Made by a program: the position numbers and the translations under genes
NCBI GenBank assembly: GCA_965213675.1
Contig: OZ243916.1
Coordinates: forward strand, 1,888,001 to 1,952,000
Reading direction: 5' to 3'
From: an uncultured Candidatus Binatia bacterium
Lineage (GTDB): Bacteria > Desulfobacterota > Binatia > UBA9968 > JAJDTQ01
DNA: 64,000 nucleotides
Shown: in pieces, positions 1-8,929 of the stretch
Layout: the number at the start of each line of letters is the position of its first letter
Numbering within the stretch: position 1 is the first letter of the stretch
Notes under the pieces: model-generated
Database searches by the model: none
Told to the model about the DNA's origin: nothing
The model's input: the letters and a program-made list of their open reading frames with translations, nothing else

Positions 1-1
1 T

Positions 2-1732
2 GTCCGCCAGCACGAAGTCGATGCTCCCCAGAATCGCCAGCAGATCGGGCACCATGACGCCGCGGCTCATGAGCGGGACCATCTGCATGTGGGCGAAGGA
101 CGGCGTGCGGATGCGCACCCGGTACGGGATCGTGCCGCCGTCGCTCACCAGGCGGTAGCCGTTGTTGCCCTTGGTCGCCTCGATGCCCACGAAGGATTCG
201 CCGGCCGGGATCACCGGGCCCCAGCTCACGCTGAGGAAGTGATTGATGAGCGTCTCGATGTCGTGCATCGTGCGCTCCTTGCGCGGCGGCGTGGCCAGGG
301 GATGATCCGACTTGTAGTGCCCGGCGGGCATGTTCTTGAGACACTGATCGATGATGCGCAGGCTCTGGCGCATCTCCTCGATGCGCACCAGCGCGCGGTC
401 ATAGCAGTCGCCCTTCCAGGCAACGGGAACGTCGAAGTCGAACTGGTCGTAGCCCGAGTAGGGCCGTTTCTTGCGGAAGTCCCACTCGAAGCCGCAGGCG
501 CGGAGACCCGGGCCGGTGACGCCCCAGTCGATGGCTTCCGCCGCCGAATACGCGCCAATGCCCTGGGTGCGCGCCTTGAAGATGCGGTTCTGCATCACGA
601 GCCTGTCGTATTCCGCAAGCCGGTCCGGCATGTAGTCGACGAAGTCCCTCACCATGGCCTGCCAGCCCTTGGGCAGGTCGTGGGCGACGCCGCCGATGCG
701 GAACCAGCTCGGGTGCATGCGCCCGCCGCACACCGCCTGTACGATGTCGAAGATGCGCTCGCGGTCGTTGAACATGTAGAAGACCGCGGAAAGAGAACCC
801 ACGTCCTGGGCGAAGGTGCCGTACCACACCAAGTGACTGGCAATGCGGAACAGCTCGCACATCATCACGCGAATCACCTGGGCGCGATGCGGCACGTCGA
901 TGCCGGCCAACTGCTCCACCGACAGCACGTACGCGAGGTTGTTCATCACCCCGCCAAGGTAATCGATGCGATCGGTGTAGGGGATGAACGAATGCCACGA
1001 CTGGCGCTCGCCCATCTTCTCCGCGCCACGGTGATGAAAGCCGATCTCCGGCAAGCAGTCGACGATCTCCTCGCCGTCGAGCTGCAGGACGATGCGGATG
1101 ACCCCGTGAGTGCCGGGATGCTGCGGACCGACGTTCAGAAACATGAAGTCCGAGCCCTCGCGGGTGCGCTTCATGCCCCAGTCCTCGGGGCGGAAACGCA
1201 GCGCCTCCTGTTCCCGGTCCTGACGCTCGTCGGAAAGCTGGAATGGCCCCATTTCGGTGGCCCGGGCCGGGTGCTCCTTGCGCAGCGGATGGCCCTGCCA
1301 AGTGAGCGGCATGAGGATACGGCGCAACGCCGGGTGTCCGTCGAAGCGCACGCCGAACATGTCCCAGACCTCGCGCTCGTACCAGTTGGCCGAGGGCCAC
1401 AGGCCGGTGGCCGTGGGCAACGCGGCGTCACCGTCCGGCAGCGGCACCTTGATGCACAGATCCTCGTTACGGTCGTAGGAGAGGAGATGGTAAAGGACCG
1501 TGAAGTCGCTCTCGGGCTGGCCGTCGCGGTGTTTGCGGAAGCGTTCGTCGATGGCCGTAAGGTCGTACAACGTGCCGAAGGGACGCGGCACCTCGGTCTT
1601 GAGAAACTTCAGGAATGCCGGGAGGTTGTCCCGCGACGTCCACAGGGTGGGCAGACCGGAAGCGGTCTCCTGCACCGTGAAGGCTTCGGCGCCGAAACGG
1701 TCTTCGAGCTCGGCGACCGCGGCGTCACTCAT
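2..1732 (-). CDS. nuoCD: NADH-quinone oxidoreductase fused subunit C/D (3' end runs off the window)
   Basis: Manual translation from ATG 1732: [14 protein letters not shown]...[11 protein letters not shown]...[11 protein letters not shown]...GFHHRGAEK...RIRTPSF; follows nuoA and nuoB; absent from the ORF track because the stop is outside the window. Confidence 0.95.
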   Translation of the reverse strand, partial: MSDAAVAELEDRFGAEAFTVQETASGLPTLWTSRDNLPAFLKFLKTEVPRPFGTLYDLTAIDERFRKHRDGQPESDFTVLYHLLSYDRNEDLCIKVPLPDGDAALPTATGLWPSANWYEREVWDMFGVRFDGHPALRRILMPLTWQGHPLRKEHPARATEMGPFQLSDERQDREQEALRFRPEDWGMKRTREGSDFMFLNVGPQHPGTHGVIRIVLQLDGEEIVDCLPEIGFHHRGAEKMGERQSWHSFIPYTDRIDYLGGVMNNLAYVLSVEQLAGIDVPHRAQVIRVMMCELFRIASHLVWYGTFAQDVGSLSAVFYMFNDRERIFDIVQAVCGGRMHPSWFRIGGVAHDLPKGWQAMVRDFVDYMPDRLAEYDRLVMQNRIFKARTQGIGAYSAAEAIDWGVTGPGLRACGFEWDFRKKRPYSGYDQFDFDVPVAWKGDCYDRALVRIEEMRQSLRIIDQCLKNMPAGHYKSDHPLATPPRKERTMHDIETLINHFLSVSWGPVIPAGESFVGIEATKGNNGYRLVSDGGTIPYRVRIRTPSFAHMQMVPLMSRGVMVPDLLAILGSIDFVLAD

Positions 1733-1846
1733 CGTCCGGACCCGCTCGCCTTTCCCCGCCAGGCAGGCGTCGCGCCGATCATTCGGTCATTCCTGCTGGA
1801 AGTCGAATACACCGTGTTCATCGGCCTCAATGCGATACCGGAAGAC

Positions 1847-2479
1847 TCAGACTTCGTTCGGCGTACGCAGGCTGGTGGCTCGAACCCGGTCGGGCCGCTT
1901 CACGTCGCGCATGGCGGGCAGTTCCGCCTTCTCCACACCCTGGGGGCCCACCATCCAGCTCAGGGGCCGGCGCTCGTTGCCCACGGCCTTCTGCAAGAGC
2001 GTCAGCGCCTCCAGAAACGCCCACGGCGCGGGCGGGCACCCCGGCACGTACACGTCCACGGGAAGGATCTTGTCCACTCCCTGGACCACGCTGTAGATGT
2101 CGTACATGCCGCCGGAGTTGGCGCAGGCGCCCATGGAGATCACCCAGCGGGGCTCCATCATCTGCTCGTAGAGTCGCCGCACCACCGGCGCCATCTTGAT
2201 GAAGGGGGTGCCGGCGATCACGATGACGTCGGCCTCCCGGGGCGTACCGCGAATGACCTCGGCGCCGAAGCGGGCCACGTCGAACTTGCTGGTGAGGCTC
2301 GTGGCCATTTCCACGAAGCAGCAGGAGAGCCCGAAGTGGAAGGGCCACATCGAATTCTTGCGCCCCCAGCGCACCAGGTCGTCCAGGCGCGCCATCACCA
2401 GGAGCCGCTGCATGGCGTCGTCGAAGGCGCCCTTCCCCGGTTCCTGCGCGGCCTGGGGTTTGGACAGCGACCACTTCAT
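1847..2479 (-). CDS. nuoB: NADH-quinone oxidoreductase subunit B
   Basis: [20 protein letters not shown] and VPGCPP Fe-S N2 motifs. Confidence 0.97.
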   Translation of the reverse strand: MKWSLSKPQAAQEPGKGAFDDAMQRLLVMARLDDLVRWGRKNSMWPFHFGLSCCFVEMATSLTSKFDVARFGAEVIRGTPREADVIVIAGTPFIKMAPVVRRLYEQMMEPRWVISMGACANSGGMYDIYSVVQGVDKILPVDVYVPGCPPAPWAFLEALTLLQKAVGNERRPLSWMVGPQGVEKAELPAMRDVKRPDRVRATSLRTPNEV

Positions 2480-2886
2480 GAAATACCGATCCTTTCCCGA
2501 CCGGCCCTGGCCCGTCTCAGACGGAGGGGCTCCCAGTCGAGCGCGCCCATGCGGTACTCATAGATCAGCCCCACCACCAGCACCGCCACGAATATCACCA
2601 TGCCGACATAGCCCGACCAACCCACCTCTTCGTGAGCCACGGCGTAAGCGAAGATGAAAACCGCTTCCAGGTCGAAGATCACGAAGAGCATCGCGACGAT
2701 GTAGAACTTCACGGAAAGGCGCACACGCGCCGAGCCGGTGGAGAGGATGCCGGACTCGTAGGGCTGCCCGGTGGCGCGATCCGAGTGCCGCTCGCCGAGG
2801 ACGAACGACAGCCCGATCATGCTTCCCGCCACAACGAGAGCCATCAGAAAGTAAAGGCCCAGCGGCCAGAGTGTCTCGCTACCCAT
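2476..2886 (-). CDS. nuoA: NADH-quinone oxidoreductase subunit A
   Basis: [22 protein letters not shown] and GALDW motifs; overlaps nuoB start; start taken at MGSETLW. Confidence 0.95.
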   Translation of the reverse strand: MGSETLWPLGLYFLMALVVAGSMIGLSFVLGERHSDRATGQPYESGILSTGSARVRLSVKFYIVAMLFVIFDLEAVFIFAYAVAHEEVGWSGYVGMVIFVAVLVVGLIYEYRMGALDWEPLRLRRARAGRERIGIS

Positions 2887-2940
2887 GAAGCATCGCCGCG
2901 TACAATGTCGTCCGGAAAGCCATGCCGAGGCTGGAAGCAG

Positions 2941-2970
2941 AGCGTAGTATATGGGCGGAGGGGATGTCAA
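2941..2970 (-). promoter_or_regulatory. Putative sigma70 promoter of nuo operon
   Basis: TTGACA-N18-TACGCT on minus strand. Confidence 0.55.
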
Positions 2971-3049
2971 CTAACGCACCCGTGCACCCCGGCATATTCC
3001 AGTGCACCCAAGCATGTTCGAGGGTCATCTCCATCCGTCTCCATCCCTT

Positions 3050-3166
3050 CGTCATTCCCGCACCCCTCTTCCGTCATTTCCGCGAAAGCGGGAATCCAGG
3101 GGCGGGGTTCATCGGTCTGGCTGCCCCACCACCGCCCCCGGATTCCCGCTTTCGCGGGAATGACGG
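3050..3166. repeat. Paired palindromic REP elements (GTCATTCCCGCGAAAGCGGGAATCCA family)
   Basis: gtcatttccgcgaaagcgggaatcca ... ggattcccgctttcgcgggaatgac in inverted orientation; related copies at about 7851, 22796, 29934 and 58711. Confidence 0.9.
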
Positions 3167-3636
3167 AATCGCGTTCGCGCCAGGCGGGCGTGCTCGCACG
3201 CCAATGCGAGATGCGATTCGGAGAAGACCGACTCGTGGTCGTAGTCCGCCAAATGCCGCTGCTCTTGCATCTGATTGAACAACCGCAGACTCTCAACCAG
3301 ATCGTCGTCCTTCGCTGCGACGTCGAATAGTGGACCGAGCTTCTCGGAGCGCCTCGCCAGCGAGGCATCGGGGGCGCGGTGCAGGGCAAAGGACCGGTCG
3401 ATTACGTGGTTGGCAAGCTGCGAGATCTCACCATGTGACCAGGAACGACGAATTTCGTTCTGAATCTCCTGGGGACATGATGCGACCCAATGACGCGCAG
3501 CATGTCCGGTGACCTCATGGAAGACCGCGTAGTAAGCCGCGCTGATGCCGCGCCTGAGATCTGCATCGGTCGGAAGGCCGCTGGCGGTGTCCGCCAAGCG
3601 CTCTGCATGATCGAGAAGCCCGCCGGGATCAATCAT
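3109..3636 (-). CDS. HEPN-like domain protein; C-terminus runs into the REP element
   Basis: RRGISAAYYAVFH and QRHLADYD motifs typical of UPF0332/HEPN-type proteins; last residues (RHSRESGNPG) are REP-derived. Confidence 0.7.
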   Translation of the reverse strand: MIDPGGLLDHAERLADTASGLPTDADLRRGISAAYYAVFHEVTGHAARHWVASCPQEIQNEIRRSWSHGEISQLANHVIDRSFALHRAPDASLARRSEKLGPLFDVAAKDDDLVESLRLFNQMQEQRHLADYDHESVFSESHLALACEHARLARTRFRHSRESGNPGAVVGQPDR

Positions 3637-3982
3637 CGGACGATGGCTTGGGTCGCAGGGCGATGGTGACCACCCATACACCCCAAGCATCGACCCTCGT
3701 ACCGACGAGTCGCCCGCGCAGGTCGGCGATGACTTGGTTCACCGCTTCACGAGGGTAGTCTCGCATACGGAGTTTCTCGTCAAGATCAAGCACCACAGAG
3801 AAAATGAAGATCAAGCGATCCTCGCTGCCGTACCGGGTCGTCCATTCCGCGTCGTACGCGAGGGAGTCTGCCGGCAAACCATCGACAAACTCTGTCCTGA
3901 CTCTCTCGGCGTCTTCTCTTGCCGCCTGCAGCGCAGCCTCGATTTCAACCGCACCTCGGTCTTCCCGTGAAGCGTATGCCAT
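3629..3982 (-). CDS. Hypothetical protein, probable cognate partner (antitoxin) of the HEPN-like gene
   Basis: Overlaps HEPN gene start; acidic ~117 aa protein; start uncertain (ORF open to 4132). Confidence 0.5.
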   Translation of the reverse strand: MAYASREDRGAVEIEAALQAAREDAERVRTEFVDGLPADSLAYDAEWTTRYGSEDRLIFIFSVVLDLDEKLRMRDYPREAVNQVIADLRGRLVGTRVDAWGVWVVTIALRPKPSSDD

Positions 3983-4139
3983 CGGGTGATTGATGGTGTT
4001 CAGTGTATGGGACCAACCATCCTTGTCAATCTCGTCTCGGTTGAGGAGTCCGGCTTCATGGCCGTCCAAGTCGCCGGGTCTTGGCATGGCGAAGTCGAAC
4101 AGGTTCCCAGGACTGCCTTTTTGACCATCCAAGTGGATT

Positions 4140-4335
4140 TCTTGCGGAAGACGAACGCGTCGAAATCAACCGCTGTCGCCGGACCGGATTGCTCGCCTTC
4201 GATGAGAGCTTCCCGCAGAGCTTCAACCTTGGCTTCGTGCGCCTCCAATAGCCGCAGCCCGGCGCACACCACATCACTGGCGGAGTTGTAACGACCGGAC
4301 TCAACACGCTCGTTGATGAAACCCATGAAGTGGTC
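4140..4335 (-). pseudogene. ParD-family (CC2985-like RHH) antitoxin relic
   Basis: DHFMGFINERVESGRYNSASDVVCAGLRLLE...LREALIEGEQSG...FDAF; in-frame TAA immediately upstream removes the N-terminus; no ParE follows. Confidence 0.75.
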
Positions 4336-4357
4336 TTACCCGGGTATCCGGGACGTT

Positions 4358-4945
4358 CTAACAGTCTTCAGTGTCTTGCGCCCAAAGTCGCTCAACCGTC
4401 CTGCGATGCCGCGCGAGCGAGATGGCGAACGCCTCAATGGTCTTGCCGAGGCCGGTATCGTCCGCGATGAACAGGTTGACCCGCGGCAGTCGAAGCGCCT
4501 TGCGGAGCGGCTCCATCTGGTAGGCGTCGATCTTGATGCCGGCCCGGAACCGCGACTGGAAGAGATTCGGGTCGGTGGCGGTGACGCAGTTCCAGCGCAG
4601 CGTGTGGAGGAACGCGCTGAAGTGGCGGGGCGCGTCGAACCCGTTGGCGCCGATGGCGTTCCACGCCTCCACTTCAAGGATGCGCCGGTCGATCTCGAAT
4701 TCCCAGTAGACCTCCAGGGTCTGCCCTTGGGCGTCGTCGTCTGCGCAGGCAAGGCTGACGCGGCCCGATTCCGACTCCACCGCCTCCACCAGCCAGCGGC
4801 GTGAACGCACTTCGACGAGTTCCCCGACGTCGGGGAAACGTTCGGGTAATAGTCGGGCGGCGTCTTCCAAGGGCGTTCTCTCAAGCGGTGCGGGCAAGTC
4901 TGTAGTTGCTTTATCATATTCGCTGAAGTTGCGAGAATTGGCCAA
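4358..4945 (-). pseudogene. drmD: N-terminal fragment of DISARM SNF2-like helicase DrmD
   Basis: GELVEVRSRRWLV...DDAQGQTLEVYWE...GFDAP...RWNCVTATD...FRAGIKIDAYQMEPLRKALRLPRVNLFIADDTGLGKTIEA; similarity ends at helicase motif I and the ORF stops about 23 codons later. Confidence 0.8.
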
Positions 4946-4954
4946 ACTTGCCGA

Positions 4955-4993
4955 TTATTATGTTGTCAAACATAATGTTCTTCTACATAATAA
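4955..4993. promoter_or_regulatory. AT-rich 15-bp tandem repeat within a 9-bp inverted repeat upstream of ATPase gene
   Basis: atgttgtcaaacata / atgttcttctacata; ttattatgt(4955-4963)...acataataa(4985-4993). Confidence 0.65.
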
Positions 4994-4997
4994 GGAA

Positions 4998-6383
4998 ATG
5001 CAGTTCCTCGATCGCAGCCGCGAGATGGAGCGGTTGGACAATGTGCTGACACGGACTGGAGCCTTCGCCGTCATCTGGGGACGCCGCAGGATCGGCAAGT
5101 CGCGCCTTCTCATTGAATGGTCGCGGCGCCACCGGGGCCTGTACACGGTCGCGGATCAGTCCGTCCCGCCGGTGCAGCGGCGCTACCTGGCGGAAGCAGT
5201 CGCTGAACGATTCCCCGGCTTTGCAGACGTCGAGTACCCGGACTGGCGCTCGTTTCTGACGCGGCTTTCCGCCGACGCCGACCGCGCCGGCTGGCAAGGT
5301 CCGTGGGTGCTGGACGAGCTTCCCTACCTCGTCGAAGCGGACCCCACTCTAACCGGGGTCTTGCAGAACTGGCTGGACCGCCCGGAGCGGCGGTTGCGCC
5401 TGGTCGTGTGCGGATCGAGTCAGCGCATGATGCACAGCTTGATACTCGATGCTGCCGCTCCGCTCTACGGCCGGGCTGCCGAAGCCTTTGGCGTCCGCCC
5501 CCTGCCGGCGGGGCATCTCGCCGAGGCTTTCCCCTTCGACAAGCATCACGACCTGGTGACCGTCTATGCGCTGTGGGGAGGCATACCTCGTTACTGGGAG
5601 CTTGCCGAACCTTTCGGAAACGACATCGAAGCCGCGGTGGACACTCTCGTTCTCGACGCCGCGGGCCCCCTGCATGCAGAACCTGATCGGCTGTTGCGGG
5701 AGGAGACCCCTCCAGCTACGGCGTTGCGCCCCTTGCTGGACGTCATCGGCAACGGGGCGCACCGGGTCACCGAGATCGCGGGCCGTCTTGGCAAGCCCGC
5801 CTCCAGCCTGTCGAGACCGCTGGCATCGCTCACGGAGATGGGGCTGGTGCGCCGCGAAACGCCGTTCGGAACCGACCCGAAGTCCGGCAAACGGAGTCTC
5901 TACCGGATAGACGATCCCTTTCTGCGCCTGTGGTTTCGGGTGGTCGCACCCCATCGAGCGGCGCTGGCCGCTACGCCCCCGGAGACGCGGCTCGCATACT
6001 GGCGGCGGCACCGGCGCGGCCTTGAGGCTCTTGCCTGGGAGGAATTGTGCCGCCGGGCGGTGCCCCTCCTTCACCGTTCCGACACGACCCTGGGCCGGCT
6101 GGGTCCGTGGGAGCCCGCGCAACGATACTGGCGGGGCAATGCGCCGGAACTCGACATCGTCGCGCGTTCGGTTGACGGGAAACGATTGCTGGTGGGCGAG
6201 GCCAAGTCGACGACGCGCCCGGTTACGGCCTCCGCCGCCGCGCGCGTTCACTCGGGCGACCTGGCCGGCACTGAAGGCGCCGATGTTTGCCAAGCGCTGT
6301 TCGTTCCGGAGAGCGTGGCTGCGGACGCCCGGACCGGCATTCACATCGTCGATGCGCGAACAGTCATGAGCGTGCTGACATAG
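4998..6383 (+). CDS. Archaeal-type ATPase (ATPase_2) with wHTH, DUF234-like region and C-terminal PD-(D/E)xK-like domain
   Basis: FLDRSRE, Walker A GRRRIGKS, Walker B VLDELPY, GGIPRY, HTH TEIAGRLG, YRIDDPFLRLWFR, ELDIVA...GEAK. Confidence 0.88.
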   Translation: MQFLDRSREMERLDNVLTRTGAFAVIWGRRRIGKSRLLIEWSRRHRGLYTVADQSVPPVQRRYLAEAVAERFPGFADVEYPDWRSFLTRLSADADRAGWQGPWVLDELPYLVEADPTLTGVLQNWLDRPERRLRLVVCGSSQRMMHSLILDAAAPLYGRAAEAFGVRPLPAGHLAEAFPFDKHHDLVTVYALWGGIPRYWELAEPFGNDIEAAVDTLVLDAAGPLHAEPDRLLREETPPATALRPLLDVIGNGAHRVTEIAGRLGKPASSLSRPLASLTEMGLVRRETPFGTDPKSGKRSLYRIDDPFLRLWFRVVAPHRAALAATPPETRLAYWRRHRRGLEALAWEELCRRAVPLLHRSDTTLGRLGPWEPAQRYWRGNAPELDIVARSVDGKRLLVGEAKSTTRPVTASAAARVHSGDLAGTEGADVCQALFVPESVAADARTGIHIVDARTVMSVLT

Positions 6384-6511
6384 GCAACGAGCACAACGTC
6401 GTCTGGCCCTCCGGGGCAAAGTGGAGTATACGGTGAAGGGGCGTACGGGAGACGGGCTGGAGGCCACCCGATCAGCGGAACAGCACGTCCCACGCCGAGG
6501 GAGGAATTCGA

Positions 6512-6760
6512 ATGGGCTTGGCATACGATGATCTGATCGAGCCGGTGATCGTCCGGCAGGAATCCAAGAGCCGCTTCTACTGCATGTGCGGGCGGACCCG
6601 GAACTTTCCGTTCTGCGACGGGTCGCACAAGGTGACGTCCATCACGCCCCGGGAAATCACGGTGGACGAGCCCCGGACCATGGCCATTTGCGCGTGCTGG
6701 CGGTCGAAGACGCGGCCGTACTGCGACGGCACCCACGGCAAGCTGGTGGCGCCGAAATAG
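6512..6760 (+). CDS. CDGSH iron-sulfur protein with two CDGSH domains
   Basis: CMCGRTRNFPFCDGSH and CACWRSKTRPYCDGTH; GGAGG RBS. Confidence 0.93.
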   Translation: MGLAYDDLIEPVIVRQESKSRFYCMCGRTRNFPFCDGSHKVTSITPREITVDEPRTMAICACWRSKTRPYCDGTHGKLVAPK

Positions 6761-6796
6761 CGGCTATTCGACTCGAGACAGAGGGAGGACACGCGC

Positions 6797-7183
6797 ATGT
6801 ACGAAGTGAAAAACCCCATCACGGAGGCCAAGGCCAACCCGGACATCCGCCATCTTTCGTTGTGGCGCACGGACCTGACCTATTTCTGGACCATCAACTG
6901 CGAAGCGAACATGCAGGACGACATGCACTACCACGAGAACGACGACCATGTCTTCATGGTCCTCGAGGGCCAGTGCACGGTGCGGACGCCGGAGGACGAG
7001 TTCGTCCTGAACCCCCACGACACCATCCTGCTGAGGTCGGGCCAACCGTACCAACTCTGCAACACGGGTGGGGACCGTCTGCTGCTGTTCGGCGCGGGCA
7101 ACTCCCAGGTGGACGGCAAGCCGCGCACGCGGGTGCCGCGGCGGCCCAGCCACATTCCGGTGAAGCAGCCCATCATCGCGTAG
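6797..7183 (+). CDS. Cupin domain protein
   Basis: HYHENDDHVFMVLEG cupin motif; GGAGG RBS. Confidence 0.85.
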   Translation: MYEVKNPITEAKANPDIRHLSLWRTDLTYFWTINCEANMQDDMHYHENDDHVFMVLEGQCTVRTPEDEFVLNPHDTILLRSGQPYQLCNTGGDRLLLFGAGNSQVDGKPRTRVPRRPSHIPVKQPIIA

Positions 7184-7232
7184 AAGTCTTTTCCGCGCCC
7201 ACGTGGAAGCGCAAACTTCGAAGGAGGAAGAC

Positions 7233-7796
7233 ATGTTGCGACTACTGTCCTACGGTCCTTGACCGTATGCCCACAGGACAAGGCTTGTCCTGGCAGAGAA
7301 AGACATCCCTTACGAACTGGTCGAGTGCGACCTGAGGAACAAGTCGGAAGAGCTGGTCACCCTGAACCCCTACGGCAAGGTGCCGGTGCTGGTGGACGGG
7401 GACGCGGTGATCTACGAATCCGCGGTCGTCAACGAGTACCTGGACGAGAAGTTTCCCGACGTGCCGTTGATGCCGAAGGATCTGGCCAAGCGCGCCGAGG
7501 TACGCATCTGGATCGACTTCTGCAACACCCGGCTTCAGACCGCGGCCGGCAACATCCGCCACGACCACGAGGTGGAGAAGAACAAGAAGCGGCTGCGGCA
7601 GCACCTGGAGACGCTGGAAGAGCGCATGGCCGGGCGCGACTACATCGTCGACGACTACTCGCTGGCGGACATCACGTATGTGCCGTTCTTCACCCGGCAG
7701 GACGCCTACCGGACGTCCATCACCGAGGACCTGCCCAACGTGAGACGCTGGTGCAACACGCTGCTGGAGCGGCCGAAGGTGAAGTCCACTCCGTAA
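7233..7796 (+). CDS. Glutathione S-transferase family protein, probable selenoprotein (UGA at codon 10 read as Sec)
   Basis: AAGGAGG RBS, ATG 7233, MLRLLSYGP-TGA-PYAHRTRLVLAEKDIPYE...NPYGKVPVL...IYESAVVNEYLDE...YSLADI; in frame with ORF 7380..7796; SECIS-like hairpin follows. Confidence 0.88.
7268..7295 (+). promoter_or_regulatory. Bacterial SECIS-like hairpin
   Basis: caggacaa-GGC-ttgtcctg 8-bp stem plus lower tgc/gca pairing; G-initiated loop starts 19 nt after UGA (7260-7262). Confidence 0.8.
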
Positions 7797-7822
7797 GAGC
7801 GCTGACATCGGTCACGACGTCG

Positions 7823-8782
7823 ATGAAGGGCTCCCCCACACTACCCCGCCTGGATTCCCGCCTTCGCGGGAACGACGGTGGGGTGCGGGTGAATGACGGT
7901 GGTGTGCGCGGGGTACACGGAGCGGGGCCAGGGAATGACCCTTTTGAGGACGCCGAACTGGCGCGAAAGGTGGCCGAACTTCAGGCGCTGCTGAGAGAGA
8001 TGGGACAGGCCGTGGTCTGCTTCTCGGGCGGGGTCGACTCCGGCTACCTGCTCGCCGAGGCCGTGGATGCTCTCGGCGACAACGCTCTGGCGCTCACCGC
8101 AGTCTCTCCCAGCCTCGCGCCCGAGGAGGGGGCCGACGCCCGCGGCTTGGCCGAGAGCATCGGCGCCCGCCACCTGCTCATCGACACCTACGAACTGGAC
8201 GACCCGCGCTACGCCGCCAACCCCGTCAACCGCTGCTATTTCTGCAAGACCGAGCTTTACGGCAAGGCCATCGACGAGGCCGCGACCTTGGGCATGCCGC
8301 ACGTGCTGGACGGCTTCAACCTGGATGACCGCGGCGACCACCGCCCCGGCCGGAAGGCCGCGCGCGAGCGGGGCGTGCGCTCGCCCCTGGACGAGTTGGG
8401 TTTCACCAAGGCCGACATCCGCGAGGCCGCCCGGCGCATGGGGCTCCCGGTATGGGACAAGCCCGCACTGGCGTGCCTGTCCAGCCGTTTTCCCTACGGC
8501 ACCGCCATCACCCCGGAAAAGCTCACCCAGGTGAACCGCTGCGAGCGCGTGCTGCGCGAACTGGGTTTCCGGGTGTACCGGGTGCGCTACCATGACGCGC
8601 TGGCGCGCATCGAGGTGGCGCCGGACGAGTTCGACAAGCTGCTGCTGCCGGACGTGCGAGAAGGGATCGTCCAGCGTTTCAAGGACGCCGGGTTCACCTA
8701 CGTCAGCATCGACCTTCAGGGCTACCGCACGGGTTCCCTCAACGAGACCGTCCACAACAAGAGCGACAACCACAGCGTGTAG
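7823..8782 (+). CDS. larE: LarE-family ATP-dependent sulfur transferase (start uncertain; alternative GTG 7889)
   Basis: PP-loop FSGGVDS, NRCYFCK, DHRPG, WDKPALACLSSRFPYG, DLQGYRTGSLN. Confidence 0.9.
   Translation: MKGSPTLPRLDSRLRGNDGGVRVNDGGVRGVHGAGPGNDPFEDAELARKVAELQALLREMGQAVVCFSGGVDSGYLLAEAVDALGDNALALTAVSPSLAPEEGADARGLAESIGARHLLIDTYELDDPRYAANPVNRCYFCKTELYGKAIDEAATLGMPHVLDGFNLDDRGDHRPGRKAARERGVRSPLDELGFTKADIREAARRMGLPVWDKPALACLSSRFPYGTAITPEKLTQVNRCERVLRELGFRVYRVRYHDALARIEVAPDEFDKLLLPDVREGIVQRFKDAGFTYVSIDLQGYRTGSLNETVHNKSDNHSV
7851..7899. repeat. REP palindrome (ATTCCC...GGGAA family)
   Basis: tggattcccgccttcgcgggaacgacgg followed by degenerate gaatgacgg. Confidence 0.8.
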
Positions 8783-8805
8783 GGGCCGCCGCCGGTCGCC
8801 CCTAC
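8779..8805. repeat. GTAG-type REP palindrome
   Basis: gtaggggccgccgccggtcgcccctac; relatives at about 32522, 40365, 44723 and 52658. Confidence 0.8.
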
Positions 8806-8929
8806 ACGGATAGTCTCCTGACAACGACCAACCACAGGGGCGTACGCCGAACAGAGGCGACCGCCGACGAAGCTTGTATCGTCACGTCCGGTGTCACGTC
8901 CGGTTGCAGACCGAGCCGGTGAGCTCGCG

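Noticed and set aside
89-2563. 824-aa plus-strand ORF, and similar long ORFs such as 20603..23017, 24517..27087, 43907..46315 and 58650..61217
   Set aside because: Antisense shadows of well-supported genes, expected in high-GC DNA; no family motifs.
4358-4945. Intact DISARM system
   Set aside because: Only an N-terminal drmD fragment; no drmA, drmB, drmC or methylase present.
7259-8782. 507-aa LarE fusion from the ORF track
   Set aside because: Its 5' part is an alternative frame overlapping the GST gene; LarE similarity starts only near 7950.
8881-8904. Short exact duplications (12-bp unit here; others near 15500 and 52627)
   Set aside because: Two-copy slippage-type duplications with no supporting context.
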